Source of the DNA: an uncultured Dehalococcoidales bacterium
GTDB taxonomy: Bacteria; Chloroflexota; Dehalococcoidia; GIF9; AB-539-J10
Direction: 5' to 3'
Length of the DNA stretch: 63,096 nucleotides
Assembly (NCBI GenBank): GCA_964509565.1
Contig: CAZDXE010000002.1
Coordinates: 1-63,096 of the forward strand
Positions 1 through 9,861 of this stretch are shown one piece after another. A program made the position numbers and the translations under genes. Every line of letters begins with the position of its first letter. Position 1 is the stretch's first letter. The notes below the pieces were generated by a model. The model was not told where the DNA came from and did no database searches. It saw only the letters and a program-made list of their open reading frames with translations.

Positions 1-1712
1 CTATCGCAGCTATTAACTGCTTCATGGTACCTGGTAAACCCGTTATTCTCAAAGGATAAATCGTAGCGCATTGCAGTCTGATAATAGCCAGTGCTCCTAA
101 ACATGACCAGTTTTGCCCCTTTTGAAACATCACGCTTGGGTGGACGTACGGGAATAAAATTCGGTGTATATAGAATAAGTTGTCCGCTCGATGTCGTGGT
201 CAGCGTTTCCGGCTTAAGAAGAACATCATTGCCCAAGAATTTCAACCCAGCTTGCTCTGAAGCCGGAAAATTTGTGTAGGCTTCAATGCTATAAGCGACC
301 ACAGGAAATGATAGCGTTAGAAAAAATATCAACACCAAAACAACGGGAGATATGAATTTCTTAATCACAACAGGATAATGTAACCTGACAATTATAGAAG
401 CTATAAGGCATGATAGTCCAAGAATAATGAAGGTCAGGCCTCTTTCAATCAACACATGACCTCTCTCTGCCAGCAAAGCAGTCAGTACAAGGAGCACAGT
501 AACGCTGAGCACCATGAAGAGCTGACTGCGACTCAGGGCACCAAACTTCAACAGGCAACGCTTGAGGCTTTTCTGACTGGCGCAGGTTGTGAGAAATAGA
601 TAAATAACCCCTGCCACTGCAGCCAGCGCATATATAATATATATCCATAAGTTAAGCCTGTGGATACCCTCATATATGAATGGTGTCCCCAGTAAATACT
701 GACGAGTTGTAGTAAATCCGCCGGGGGTTATATTCTCATATATAAATCCAGCCTGCTCAGACACTTCGGGCGATGGCCCAGGCACTGTCGCTGATGACCC
801 CGGTGCCACAGGGGATGGCCCAGGCACTGCAGTGGATACCAGCGGGACTGTGAGCCATAAAAACCAGCCGACAAAGCAAACTACAAGCATTGCTGCCAGT
901 ACTACTTGTGTCTTGCCAATCCTGCCAGCATAGCTGGTAATCAACGCGGCAGCTATGAATATTGATAGCAAAAGAGGTGATATGGGATGGCAGATAAACA
1001 CAGCTATTATTGTTACAAAGGTTAAGATTCTGAAGGCAATGCCTTTGTGGAACAGCAGGGCCAGTGCTGTTAGCAGAAGCAACACGCCGATAGAGTGAGC
1101 TGAAGGATGAAAGATAATATAATGCATCCCGGGGATAGCAAATAGCAAAGCCAGGAAAGCTACTCTGGAATTGAATAACCTGGAAACAAATGTATAACCC
1201 AGTAAAGCAAAGATGCATATGCAGAGCAGAGGAAAGAGCCGCATATAACTCAGTGGCTCCATACCTGTTGTATTCATAAAAATCCAGGAGTATATATATG
1301 AGCTGGGATAGTTGGCACAATAGCCTGATAGAGCAACCATATTCCCGCTCAGTATATCAGGCGTGTACAGAGCCATGCCTACATTCTTTGCTGCATCGGG
1401 AGGCCGACTAAATCCAGCCATATAATAAGGGGTGTACCACAGCATAATAGCCATTATCATCAGCAGTAAGAGGTGAACACCTCTATTCTCGATGCGGCAG
1501 GCAAAACAAAAAAAGCCAGCCAGGGCAACTAAGGCAATGGCAATGTAGTAGAGCGGAAACAGGGAATGCATCTCGGCTAGAGGGTCAGTAAGCCTGGTAT
1601 TCTGAAATACCGGATATGCCAGTTTTATTGAAACAAGGTATATTATCACTGCGACCATGCTCAACAGTAGAATGATAATTGTTTTACGTTGAAATTCCGT
1701 GTTTTCCTTCAT
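1..1712 (-). CDS. Polytopic integral membrane protein, C-terminus cut by window edge (possible GT-C-type glycosyltransferase or oligosaccharide polymerase; function uncertain)
   Basis: ATG at 1712-1710. I translated the frame by hand with no stop down to position 3 (checked triplet by triplet for 3-422). It is not in the ORF track because no stop lies inside the window. N-terminus MKENTEFQRKTIIILLLSMVAVIIYLV..., many hydrophobic helices, a Pro-rich linker, then a soluble-looking tail. The track ORFs 757..1320 and 445..648 are off-frame shadows of it. It lies downstream of two GT2 genes. Confidence 0.6.
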   Translation of the reverse strand, partial: MKENTEFQRKTIIILLLSMVAVIIYLVSIKLAYPVFQNTRLTDPLAEMHSLFPLYYIAIALVALAGFFCFACRIENRGVHLLLLMIMAIMLWYTPYYMAGFSRPPDAAKNVGMALYTPDILSGNMVALSGYCANYPSSYIYSWIFMNTTGMEPLSYMRLFPLLCICIFALLGYTFVSRLFNSRVAFLALLFAIPGMHYIIFHPSAHSIGVLLLLTALALLFHKGIAFRILTFVTIIAVFICHPISPLLLSIFIAAALITSYAGRIGKTQVVLAAMLVVCFVGWFLWLTVPLVSTAVPGPSPVAPGSSATVPGPSPEVSEQAGFIYENITPGGFTTTRQYLLGTPFIYEGIHRLNLWIYIIYALAAVAGVIYLFLTTCASQKSLKRCLLKFGALSRSQLFMVLSVTVLLVLTALLAERGHVLIERGLTFIILGLSCLIASIIVRLHYPVVIKKFISPVVLVLIFFLTLSFPVVAYSIEAYTNFPASEQAGLKFLGNDVLLKPETLTTTSSGQLILYTPNFIPVRPPKRDVSKGAKLVMFRSTGYYQTAMRYDLSFENNGFTRYHEAVNSCD

Positions 1713-1801
1713 TTTATATGTCCATTATGCCCAGCAACGAAACTTGGGGCAACTACTTAGCTATGTCATTCCGGACATTCTGATGTATACAGTGACCCAT
1801 A

Positions 1802-2791
1802 TTAATTATACCTCCTGGCAGGACGGAGGTTACGCAAGTTATAATTCAGATATCCAGCAGCGACGCAGACCAGCACTAATTTGGTTATCAATAATTGGTG
1901 CAGGGCAATTTTAGGCTGATTGAAAAGAAGTTTTGTAGAGCTGGGTATCAGCTTAGAAAAGATGCGTTGGAGAAGCTCATGCTCTGTAGATAATATCTCC
2001 TCATCACCTGAACGATATAACTTATTAAACATAGCTTTAGCCTGGCCTTCCCAGTAAGCTCTTTTCCTGATAAAACTGTTGCTAAATCTGTAGCGGTAAA
2101 TTTTATGCTTCACCTTTATATTGGGGTGATAGACTATGCGCTCACCCGTTTGTCGTTTCACCCTTATGGAGAATTCTGTTTCCTCTCCACCCAACCCCTG
2201 CCAGCCACTTTTACCATATCCTTTAATCCCCAGGTTCGTTTTAAACAGGCCACATTGGTCAAAAGCCTTTCGCCTGAAGGAAACATTAGTTCCGTAGCCA
2301 TTCCTGACCTCGGTGGGTTCAGTCCAGTCCCAGTAGGTGCAGGAAAATACCCAGTAAAATTCTCTGGGGAACCAGTTCATTACCTCATCTTCCCACAAGG
2401 GGAGAATGGACCCGGTAAGGCCGATGATTGAGCTATCTTCAGCATAGGCTCTAGCTGTTTCCTCCGCCCAGTCAGGGAGAAGAAGGGCATCATCATCAAC
2501 AAAAGCTATAATTTCACCACTCGCCTGCCCGATGCCTAAATTTCTGGCTGATGAAAGCCCCCCCTCACCCTGGTTAAATAGCACAAGGGTATTAGAATAC
2601 CCTTTTCTCTGAGTGTAATTCTTAATGCTCTCAGCAAGTTTCGGCGACCTTTCAGCTACCATAATAGTCTCGATATTCTTGTAGGTCTGAGCCTGGATGC
2701 TATCAAGCAACTCAGTGATGTCCTTAAACCTATCCATAGTGTAGGAGGGTGTAATTATGGATATCTTAGGAAGATTGGTAACTGTAGTCAT
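1802..2791 (-). CDS. Glycosyltransferase family 2
   Basis: 329 aa. N-terminal ISIITPSY..., acidic DxD-type motif FVDDDA, C-terminal hydrophobic helix. Typical GT-A/GT2 layout. Confidence 0.85.
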   Translation of the reverse strand: MTTVTNLPKISIITPSYTMDRFKDITELLDSIQAQTYKNIETIMVAERSPKLAESIKNYTQRKGYSNTLVLFNQGEGGLSSARNLGIGQASGEIIAFVDDDALLLPDWAEETARAYAEDSSIIGLTGSILPLWEDEVMNWFPREFYWVFSCTYWDWTEPTEVRNGYGTNVSFRRKAFDQCGLFKTNLGIKGYGKSGWQGLGGEETEFSIRVKRQTGERIVYHPNIKVKHKIYRYRFSNSFIRKRAYWEGQAKAMFNKLYRSGDEEILSTEHELLQRIFSKLIPSSTKLLFNQPKIALHQLLITKLVLVCVAAGYLNYNLRNLRPARRYN

Positions 2792-2792
2792 T

Positions 2793-2983
2793 CTATCTAC
2801 TTAAAATGTCCTTTACCGCTCGTCTAACTGCTTCACCACGCCATAGAGTGATGTCGGGGTAACAAAGGGCCATAATTCTCGGCTATTTCTTTCACTCCTA
2901 CCTCAACAAATTGCTGATTCGATCAGCCGATCAATAAGATAGCTGTCGATAAAACTGGTACCTCCGGTGATGAATGCCTTCAC
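2793..2983 (-). pseudogene. Internally deleted remnant of an NAD-dependent epimerase/dehydratase gene
   Basis: GTG at 2983 overlaps the upstream GT2 stop (GTGA) and encodes VKAFITGGTSFIDSYLIDRLIESAIC-stop (2903-2983), which is the Rossmann GxxGxxG N-terminus. A second frame (2793-2882) encodes MALCYPDITLWRGEAVRRAVKDILSR-stop, resembling an epimerase C-terminus and ending 2 nt before the next GT2 start. About 250 central codons are missing. Confidence 0.7.
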
Positions 2984-3660
2984 CTTCCTCCAAACTTCTC
3001 TCTGAAAATCATCTTCAATATTTGCCAGCCATGTTTTATTCTGCCAAGTTTTTGTTTCCCCAGGCGAGGACTGTATTCTATAGGGAACTCGGCTATCTTC
3101 AATTTCATTCTGGCGGCTTTTATAGCTATCTCTGTTTCTATGGTGAAACCTTCTGAATTAAGCTGCATCCGTTCGAACTGAGCTTTCTTAAGCCCGTAGA
3201 GGCCGCTCAGAGGGTCTTTGACTTTGCAGCCGTGGAGATATCTCAGCAGACACTTAAAAATAAAGTTGCCGATACGATTGAAGCGGGGAATATTTTCCCG
3301 CCCTTTTGCCCGGGAAGCAACCACCATATCAAAGTGCTCCAGGAATCTTGCTATGTCCGGGATGGCTTCTACAGGATAGGTGTTATCAGCGTCTATGAAA
3401 ATAACGTTCTCGCTCCGGGCTTCTTTCACTCCCACCTTCATTGCCTCACCCTTGCCCTGGTTTTGCTCGTGCCTTAGTAATCTGCAAGGAAAGGAAGAAG
3501 CTTTTTTACCTGTTTTATCAGTAGAGCCATCATCAACAACAATTACTTCATAACTCTCATCTATGATTTTATAAACCTTCTCTAATACTACAGGTAACCC
3601 TTCTGCCTCTTTATATGCCGGAATGATGATGGCATTCTTCATCTTCATAGATAGCAGCAC
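2980..3660 (-). CDS. Glycosyltransferase family 2 (polyprenol-phosphate sugar transferase-like)
   Basis: 226 aa. AIIIPAYKEAEGLP...EVIVVDDGSTDKT...FIDADNTY motifs of the Dpm1/GtrB-like GT2 group. The real start may be an internal ATG (3648 or 3642). Confidence 0.85.
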   Translation of the reverse strand: MLLSMKMKNAIIIPAYKEAEGLPVVLEKVYKIIDESYEVIVVDDGSTDKTGKKASSFPCRLLRHEQNQGKGEAMKVGVKEARSENVIFIDADNTYPVEAIPDIARFLEHFDMVVASRAKGRENIPRFNRIGNFIFKCLLRYLHGCKVKDPLSGLYGLKKAQFERMQLNSEGFTIETEIAIKAARMKLKIAEFPIEYSPRLGKQKLGRIKHGWQILKMIFREKFGGR

Positions 3661-3914
3661 ATTTCCCTCTACCTCATCCTCCTAATCGCCTACTTTCGTA
3701 GCGCCCATATACGACCCCCAATTTATTCTAGCGATATAATATACTGCACAGTAAACTCAATGCAACAGGTTCGGCAGGCGAAGTCCTCCCTGAGATCGAT
3801 TCTCTAAGCTGCTAACCATATCAACTCTATACGACGCTCAGAAATCCCTCCAGGCTGTTATTGAAATGAAAGGCAGGCGCACATTGGTGTATAATGAGTT
3901 TTGGAGGTGCACAT

Positions 3915-4520
3915 ATGATATCAAATTCACTAGCTCATTTCGGGGGGAAATTCGGAGGAGATAGAGTTGCCATTTTCATAGACGGGAGCAATTTATATCA
4001 TTCTCTGCAAGCCAACTTTAAGCGCCATAACCTTAATTATGCAGAGTTCGCCGCCAAGATTGTCGGTTCAAGACAACTATTTCGAACATACTATTACAAC
4101 ATCCTGCAAGACGCAGCCAAATGGCCCGACACTTCCCATGAGCAACAGGATTTTCTTGATGTCCTCCGTAAAACGCCATACCTGGAGATTCGATTGGGAA
4201 CCACCAAAATGGCACAAGGTGTGCCTGTTGAAAGAGGCATAGACATAATGTTAGCCACAGATATGCTGCATTTTGCATGGGATGACCTCTACGATGTAGC
4301 AGTGTTGGTAAGCGGAGATTCTGACTTTGCTTATGCTCTCCAGACTGTGAAAGATTTTGGCAAGTACGTGGAGATAGCCTATTTCGAAAGAAACACCTCT
4401 AAAGACCTCCTGGATATAGCGGATTATCAACACCTGCTAAACCGAAATTTTTTCAATGGTTTATGGTCAGGCAGACATCGCGTAAAACGCAAACGAACAA
4501 ATACGACAGGGGCAGCATAA
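3915..4520 (+). CDS. NYN-domain (LabA/DUF88-like) protein, putative RNase
   Basis: VAIFIDGSNLYHSL...VLVSGDSDFAYAL motifs of NYN/LabA. ATG at 3915 is preceded by GGAGG; the track start at 3894 is less likely. Confidence 0.75.
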   Translation: MISNSLAHFGGKFGGDRVAIFIDGSNLYHSLQANFKRHNLNYAEFAAKIVGSRQLFRTYYYNILQDAAKWPDTSHEQQDFLDVLRKTPYLEIRLGTTKMAQGVPVERGIDIMLATDMLHFAWDDLYDVAVLVSGDSDFAYALQTVKDFGKYVEIAYFERNTSKDLLDIADYQHLLNRNFFNGLWSGRHRVKRKRTNTTGAA

Positions 4521-4620
4521 ATTACTCCCACGATTACACGCCTGGTATACACCTGGTAATTTGAGCTTAATTTAATGAGTAAACCAGGCAGAATCAAGAG
4601 CAATTGATTAAAGTATAGAA

Positions 4621-5289
4621 ATGTCTAAAGACTACTACCGTATTCTGGGTACGCCAAGAAGCGCTTCGGATGAAGAAATCAAAAAAGCCTACAGAAAACT
4701 GGCTATGCAATATCACCCAGACCATAACCCTGGGAAAGAAAAATGGGCTAACGAGAAATTCAAGGAAATAAACGAAGCCTATGCAACGCTCGGGGACCCC
4801 CAGAAAAGAAAACAATATGACCAGTACGGCACAGCGGGCAATGTTGGCGATATTTTTGGAAGCCCCTTTACCAGAGCGACATTCGAGGATACGATAAGGG
4901 ACTTTGGCGGAGCTGGTCTTGGATTTGACTTCTTAGACAATATATTTGGTGACTTCTTAAAGGGTAAAAAAACTTCATTCTCCTTTGGAAATTCTACTGC
5001 GCCAGGAGGAACAAGGTTTGAAGCTTGGCCAGGGAAAAAATTTAATCTGGACGAAATATTCGGGCAAACTCAAAGAGGCAACAAACAACGACACGTTCAT
5101 TACGAACTTTCAGTTACCCCACAAGAGGCTCTGCACGGAACAGTAAAGCTACTGAGAAGAAAAGGGAAAAAATTACAGGTAAAAATCCCTCCAGGAGTAA
5201 AAACGGGTAGCGCTGTCAGGTTAACTAACGCCCGCCAGGCGACCGATAGCCAACCTGGAGACATTTTGATTCGAATCAGGGTAAAATGA
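4621..5289 (+). CDS. J-domain protein (short DnaJ/CbpA-like co-chaperone)
   Basis: N-terminal DYYRILG...[16 protein letters not shown] (HPD motif), G/F-like linker, and one DnaJ C-terminal beta domain ([14 protein letters not shown]...GDILIRIRV). No Zn-finger domain. Confidence 0.85.
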   Translation: MSKDYYRILGTPRSASDEEIKKAYRKLAMQYHPDHNPGKEKWANEKFKEINEAYATLGDPQKRKQYDQYGTAGNVGDIFGSPFTRATFEDTIRDFGGAGLGFDFLDNIFGDFLKGKKTSFSFGNSTAPGGTRFEAWPGKKFNLDEIFGQTQRGNKQRHVHYELSVTPQEALHGTVKLLRRKGKKLQVKIPPGVKTGSAVRLTNARQATDSQPGDILIRIRVK

Positions 5290-5293
5290 ACTC

Positions 5294-5821
5294 TCATCTC
5301 CTCTTCAACAAAGGCGAGATGAGTCTAAATTCAGCAGTCCCTGCTCGTTCAAGCAGTTGGAAAATTATGGTTTCAGCGCTGGTTATCACACCTCCAGCTT
5401 GTTCAACCATCTTCACTCCCACCTCCCAATCGGATTTCTGACGCGAACAAACAGCATCTCTTACCAGGCTAACTTCGTAACCATCGGCTAGTAAATCCAA
5501 AGCTGTTTGTAAGACACACACATGTGCTTCCACACCACTCAAAATGAGATGCCTAACCCCAAGGTTTATGATTTTTTCCTGAAATGAAGGGTGAGCATAG
5601 CAACTAAAACTGAGCTTTTCAACAGGTTGATACAAATCACCTAATTTCTGTATTAATTCGCTACTTGTTTGGCCAAGTCCACGAGGATACTGCTCCGTTA
5701 CTACAATCGGGATATGCATGAGCTGAGCTACATCAATCAAAAGCCCAATGTTCTCAGCAACTTTCCTATGAACATCCTCCTCCATCGCCGCCACTAGTTT
5801 TTCCTGAAAATCTATCACCAA
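5294..5821 (-). CDS. Isochorismatase-family cysteine hydrolase
   Basis: 175 aa. LVIDFQ start strand, VVTEQYP, GVEAHVCVLQTALDL (catalytic Cys). Start uncertain: only TTG/GTG/CTG are available after the upstream in-frame stop. Confidence 0.8.
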   Translation of the reverse strand: MVIDFQEKLVAAMEEDVHRKVAENIGLLIDVAQLMHIPIVVTEQYPRGLGQTSSELIQKLGDLYQPVEKLSFSCYAHPSFQEKIINLGVRHLILSGVEAHVCVLQTALDLLADGYEVSLVRDAVCSRQKSDWEVGVKMVEQAGGVITSAETIIFQLLERAGTAEFRLISPLLKRR

Positions 5822-5897
5822 GAAAGCTGCATTACCTTTATGGAAATGAAATTGGCTCTTCAGTGTCTTATTCTCTTATACAGATAAGAATCTGAAT

Positions 5898-6293
5898 TTA
5901 ACGTTTAGTAAACTGCTGCGCCTTACGAGCTCGCTTAAGGCCATACTTCTTTCGCTCTTTAATCCTCGCATCTCGGGTAAGCAAGCCTTCTTTACGCAAC
6001 GCAGACCTGAACAAGTCATTTTCCTTAAGCAGGGCTCTAGCAATGCCATGCCGAACCGCTCCAGCCTGGCCACTCATTCCTCCACCCGTCGCTTTTACCG
6101 TAACTCTAAACTTGCCCACAGTATCGGTGACCTCAAAAGGTATCTCGATCATGCGGCGATATTTAAGACGAGGGAAAGCCTCATCGTATGGTTTGCCATT
6201 AATCGTTATTCCCCCATCTCCGGTGAAAAGCCTAACCTGTGCTATAGAACACTTCCGTTTACCTGTCGCCCAAATATACCTTTCCTCGCTCAT
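5898..6293 (-). CDS. rpsI: 30S ribosomal protein S9
   Basis: 131 aa. [19 protein letters not shown] and a [17 protein letters not shown] tail. 4-nt overlap with rplM. Confidence 0.97.
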   Translation of the reverse strand: MSEERYIWATGKRKCSIAQVRLFTGDGGITINGKPYDEAFPRLKYRRMIEIPFEVTDTVGKFRVTVKATGGGMSGQAGAVRHGIARALLKENDLFRSALRKEGLLTRDARIKERKKYGLKRARKAQQFTKR

Positions 6294-6724
6294 GGATTAT
6301 CATTCTCCCTTTCTCTAGTTTGGGCATGATGAGGATGCTCACTACCAGCATAAATCTTAAGCTTCTTGAGCATAGCTCTACCTAAGCGATTGTGGGGCAC
6401 CATGCCCTTAACGGCATATTCAACGACGCGGGTAGGATGCTTACTGCGTAATTCCCCCAGAGTTAAGCTTTTCAACCCGCCTGGATACCCACTATGCCTA
6501 TAGTAGATTTTCTGTTCCTCTTTCTTCCCCGACACTTTTATCTTAGCTGCGTTAATTATCACAACATAGTCACCAGTATCGAGGTTAGTGGAATAAATTG
6601 GCTTATGTTTACCCATAAGCAATATGGCTGCCTGAGATGCCAACCGCCCCAGAATTTTCTCTGAAGCATCAATTACATGCCACTCCCGTTTAATTTCTTT
6701 AGCTTTAGGGCTATAAGTTTTCAC
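6290..6724 (-). CDS. rplM: 50S ribosomal protein L13
   Basis: [20 protein letters not shown]... when started at GTG 6724, giving 144 aa. The longer track ORF would overlap truA by 65 nt. Confidence 0.95.
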   Translation of the reverse strand: MKTYSPKAKEIKREWHVIDASEKILGRLASQAAILLMGKHKPIYSTNLDTGDYVVIINAAKIKVSGKKEEQKIYYRHSGYPGGLKSLTLGELRSKHPTRVVEYAVKGMVPHNRLGRAMLKKLKIYAGSEHPHHAQTRERENDNP

Positions 6725-7484
6725 TATATTCTCCAAGAGGTCTAGGGTAATTGACTTTAGTAAGCCACAAACCACGAGCAGAAGCCATGGGGGTAGCTAA
6801 ACCCAACCTCCTTGCCTCCATAATATCATAAAAATCACCAACCTCTATTTTACCCATGCCTAACCGAGTCAGGAGCCCCACTGTATTGCGTACCTGGTGA
6901 GGCAAAAAGGAGCTAGCTTCCACACGAAAAATAGCAAAATCTCCTCTTTTGTCAACTCCTGCTTTATAAACATTGCGCACAGTACTTCTTACATTATCTA
7001 AAGAAGTAGCAAAAGAGATAAAATCATGTTCGCCCTGCATAAATTGGCATGCCTTATTCATCGCTTCAATATTCATCACCTGAGGCATAAATTGAGCAAA
7101 CATTTTACTGAACGGCGACCTAACTTTTCTATTCAAAATATAATAACAGTATTCTCGACTTACGGCATCATGTCTGACGTTGAAATCATCATTTACCCTG
7201 TAGGCCTCTTTAACCGCAATATCGCGGGGTAAATAATAGTTCAATGCTCTAATAAACGTCATCGTACTAAATTTAGACTTTGTCCAAAAGCTTACCACCT
7301 GGCACTTAGCATGCACGCCAGTATCAGTCCTGCTAGCTGCACCGATTCTACTTTTTTGTTCACAAAGCCTCTCTATAGCCTGTTCCAGTTCGCCCTGAAC
7401 AGTAGCTAAATCAACCTGCCACTGAAAACCATGATACCGGGTGCCATCATATTCTACAACTAAAACAACCTGAGCAGGTTTCAC
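6711..7484 (-). CDS. truA: tRNA pseudouridine(38-40) synthase TruA
   Basis: 257 aa. [25 protein letters not shown] (catalytic Asp), FLPHQVRN motifs. Confidence 0.93.
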   Translation of the reverse strand: MKPAQVVLVVEYDGTRYHGFQWQVDLATVQGELEQAIERLCEQKSRIGAASRTDTGVHAKCQVVSFWTKSKFSTMTFIRALNYYLPRDIAVKEAYRVNDDFNVRHDAVSREYCYYILNRKVRSPFSKMFAQFMPQVMNIEAMNKACQFMQGEHDFISFATSLDNVRSTVRNVYKAGVDKRGDFAIFRVEASSFLPHQVRNTVGLLTRLGMGKIEVGDFYDIMEARRLGLATPMASARGLWLTKVNYPRPLGEYSENL

Positions 7485-7837
7485 TACTTAATTAACTCAA
7501 TTTGAGCTATAGGAGCATTATCGCCACGACGATGCCCTAATTTCACCAACCGCGTATAGCCCCCTGCCCGGTCAGCATACCCCGGAGCAATTTCGTTAAA
7601 GAGCTTTCTAACAACTTCCTCATCAGTAATAAAAGCCAGAGCCCGCCGCCTTGAAGCAAGGCTGCCATCCTTCCCCAGGGTAATCATCTTATCAATTAAG
7701 CTTTTAATTTCCTTCGCCTTAGCCTCAGTAGTAACAATCCTCGCATTAGCCAAAAGAGCAGTCACTTGATTCCGATATAGCGACCAGCGGTGATAACTTG
7801 GCCTACCCAATTTCCGTCCAGCTATCCGATGCCTCAT
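7484..7837 (-). CDS. rplQ: 50S ribosomal protein L17
   Basis: 117 aa. MRHRIAGRKLGRPSYHR start, typical bL17. Confidence 0.97.
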   Translation of the reverse strand: MRHRIAGRKLGRPSYHRWSLYRNQVTALLANARIVTTEAKAKEIKSLIDKMITLGKDGSLASRRRALAFITDEEVVRKLFNEIAPGYADRAGGYTRLVKLGHRRGDNAPIAQIELIK

Positions 7838-8784
7838 TTCTTTCTTGCCTTCCCTTCATTAAAAACAATAGGGAAACCTAACTTCGTCATTAATTCCTCT
7901 AGTTCTTCTTTAGAGTTCTTCCCAAAACCAACTAATGGCGGCAAACCTTCTCTGCCTTTCTCTATAAGTTGCCCTAAATTCAAAATGCCACCTCTTCTCA
8001 AACTATTACGAGCCCGAGTGGACAACCCCAGCTCTTCCAGAGAAGCATTATATTGTTCAGGAGACACTAACACGTCTTCAGATGGACCTGCTTGTCCTGA
8101 CACCAGAATCTCAAGCTCCTTAAAAGAAGCGAGTTGATTAATTGCAATACTAGCACTTTGTCTGACCGCTTCCCATGGCTCAATGGTTCCATCAGTCCAC
8201 AGTTCTATTATCAATCTCTCAGGGCTTCTTTCTTCACCAGGCCTAATAAGCTCTACGGAGAAATTTACCTTCCGTGTCGGAGAAAAAATAGCGTCTACTG
8301 GCAATGCCCCCACAGGCAAGCCATCAGCCGACTTAGCAGGCTCATAGCCCTTTCCTAATTCCACATTGAATCCAACATAAAGCTTGGCCTCCGCAGAATC
8401 CAGGGTGGCTAAGTGAAGCTCAGGATTGGCAATTTGAAAATCTACCGTTGGTTTAATGTCAGCAGCAGAAACTTCGCCTTCCCCTTCTACCTCCAAGACT
8501 AACTTTCCTGGCTGATGAGAAAGTGGCCGAAGTCTTAGCTCCTTAACATTCAATAGGAACTCAATGACATCCTCTTTAACATAAGGGATAATAGAAAATT
8601 CATGCTGGATTCCCTCGATTTCAAGCCATGTTACAGCAGCACCAGGCAAAAACCCAAGGAGCACGCGGCGCATAGCATTACCCAGGATAACACCCAATCC
8701 CCCCTCTAAAGGTTCAGCGACAAAACGCCCGTAATTACCAGCACTTTCAACACACTTTACACTTGGTATAGATAAATCCGCCAA
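7834..8784 (-). CDS. rpoA: DNA-directed RNA polymerase subunit alpha
   Basis: 316 aa. NTD FVAEPLEGG...GNAMRRVLL and CTD LGLSTRARNSLRRGGI. TTG start preceded by AGGAGA. Confidence 0.96.
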   Translation of the reverse strand: MADLSIPSVKCVESAGNYGRFVAEPLEGGLGVILGNAMRRVLLGFLPGAAVTWLEIEGIQHEFSIIPYVKEDVIEFLLNVKELRLRPLSHQPGKLVLEVEGEGEVSAADIKPTVDFQIANPELHLATLDSAEAKLYVGFNVELGKGYEPAKSADGLPVGALPVDAIFSPTRKVNFSVELIRPGEERSPERLIIELWTDGTIEPWEAVRQSASIAINQLASFKELEILVSGQAGPSEDVLVSPEQYNASLEELGLSTRARNSLRRGGILNLGQLIEKGREGLPPLVGFGKNSKEELEELMTKLGFPIVFNEGKARKK

Positions 8785-8801
8785 TAAAAATCTCCTGTGC
8801 T

Positions 8802-9449
8802 TTACCTCGAATAATACTCAACTATGATCTTCCCATTAAATATGGGGGCTATGTCATCCTTACCGGGCAAAGCTAAAATTCTACCTACCATCTTCTCTTC
8901 GTCTAAGCTTAGCCAACCGGGAGTAGATCTTCCCTTAATTTTCTCCACTAAGCTGCGATAGTATTCGGTTTTCTTGCTACCTTCCCGCCATTCAACAACA
9001 TCTCCCAGTTTTACCAGGTAGGAAGGTATATTCACTCGTCTTCCATTCACTAATATATGACCATGGTTTACTATTTGTCTGGCCTGAGCACGTGAGTCAG
9101 CAAAAGCTAAACAGTAAACCACATTGTCCAATCGTCTCTCAAGTAGCATTAATAAGTTATCTCCACTAACTCCAGGGAGTTTCGTTGCCTCATTGAAAAA
9201 GCGGCGAAATTGCCGTTCTAGAACGCCATAACTAAAACGGACCTTTTGCTTCTCCTGCAATTGAAGGCCATGAAGTGAAATTTTACGCCGCCGCGCCGCA
9301 CGCGCTCCAAGGCGCCCTCCAGGGCGTCCCGGACGAGAATTCCTCCTCTCTAGAGGACATTTGGGCGTAGCACACTTCTCGCCTTTAAGCATCAATTTCT
9401 CACTAAGATAGCGGCATAAACGACAAGCAGGCCCCGTGTATCTTGCCAT
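8802..9449 (-). CDS. rpsD: 30S ribosomal protein S4
   Basis: MARYTGPACRLCR... from ATG 9449. Four-Cys N-terminal cluster and an S4 RNA-binding domain. The track start at 9485 would overlap rpsK. Confidence 0.96.
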   Translation of the reverse strand: MARYTGPACRLCRYLSEKLMLKGEKCATPKCPLERRNSRPGRPGGRLGARAARRRKISLHGLQLQEKQKVRFSYGVLERQFRRFFNEATKLPGVSGDNLLMLLERRLDNVVYCLAFADSRAQARQIVNHGHILVNGRRVNIPSYLVKLGDVVEWREGSKKTEYYRSLVEKIKGRSTPGWLSLDEEKMVGRILALPGKDDIAPIFNGKIIVEYYSR

Positions 9450-9450
9450 A

Positions 9451-9843
9451 TTATACTCTTCTCCTCCCCCGAGCGCGGCAACCATTATGAGGGATAGGGG
9501 TTACATCTCTAATAGCGGTCACGGTAAGCCCACTAGCCTGTAACGCACGAATAGCCGCTTCACGCCCACTGCCAGGACCTTTAACATAAACTTCAACCTG
9601 GCGTAAACCATCATTTACTGCCTGCCGCGCTGTCTCTCGAGCAGCTAATTGCGCAGCGTATGGAGTGCCCTTTCTGGAACCCTTAAATCCAGCGCTCCCT
9701 GAGCTTCCCCAGGATATAACATTGCCCTCCATATCGGCAATAGTAACAATAGTATTATTAAAAGTAGCTTGTATATAAACCCTACCTTCGATAACCTTCC
9801 TGCGCGTTCTTTTCCCTTTTTTAGTTCCTTTACTCTTTGGCAT
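9451..9843 (-). CDS. rpsK: 30S ribosomal protein S11
   Basis: 130 aa. [13 protein letters not shown]...[11 protein letters not shown] motifs. Confidence 0.97.
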   Translation of the reverse strand: MPKSKGTKKGKRTRRKVIEGRVYIQATFNNTIVTIADMEGNVISWGSSGSAGFKGSRKGTPYAAQLAARETARQAVNDGLRQVEVYVKGPGSGREAAIRALQASGLTVTAIRDVTPIPHNGCRARGRRRV

Positions 9844-9861
9844 CCCTTAAATACAACCTCC

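Noticed and set aside
445-1320. Track ORFs 445..648 and 757..1320 (minus strand) as genes.
   Set aside because: They are in a different frame from a continuous membrane-protein frame of about 570 codons that runs off the window edge. Their sequences are Cys/Ser-rich and not protein-like.
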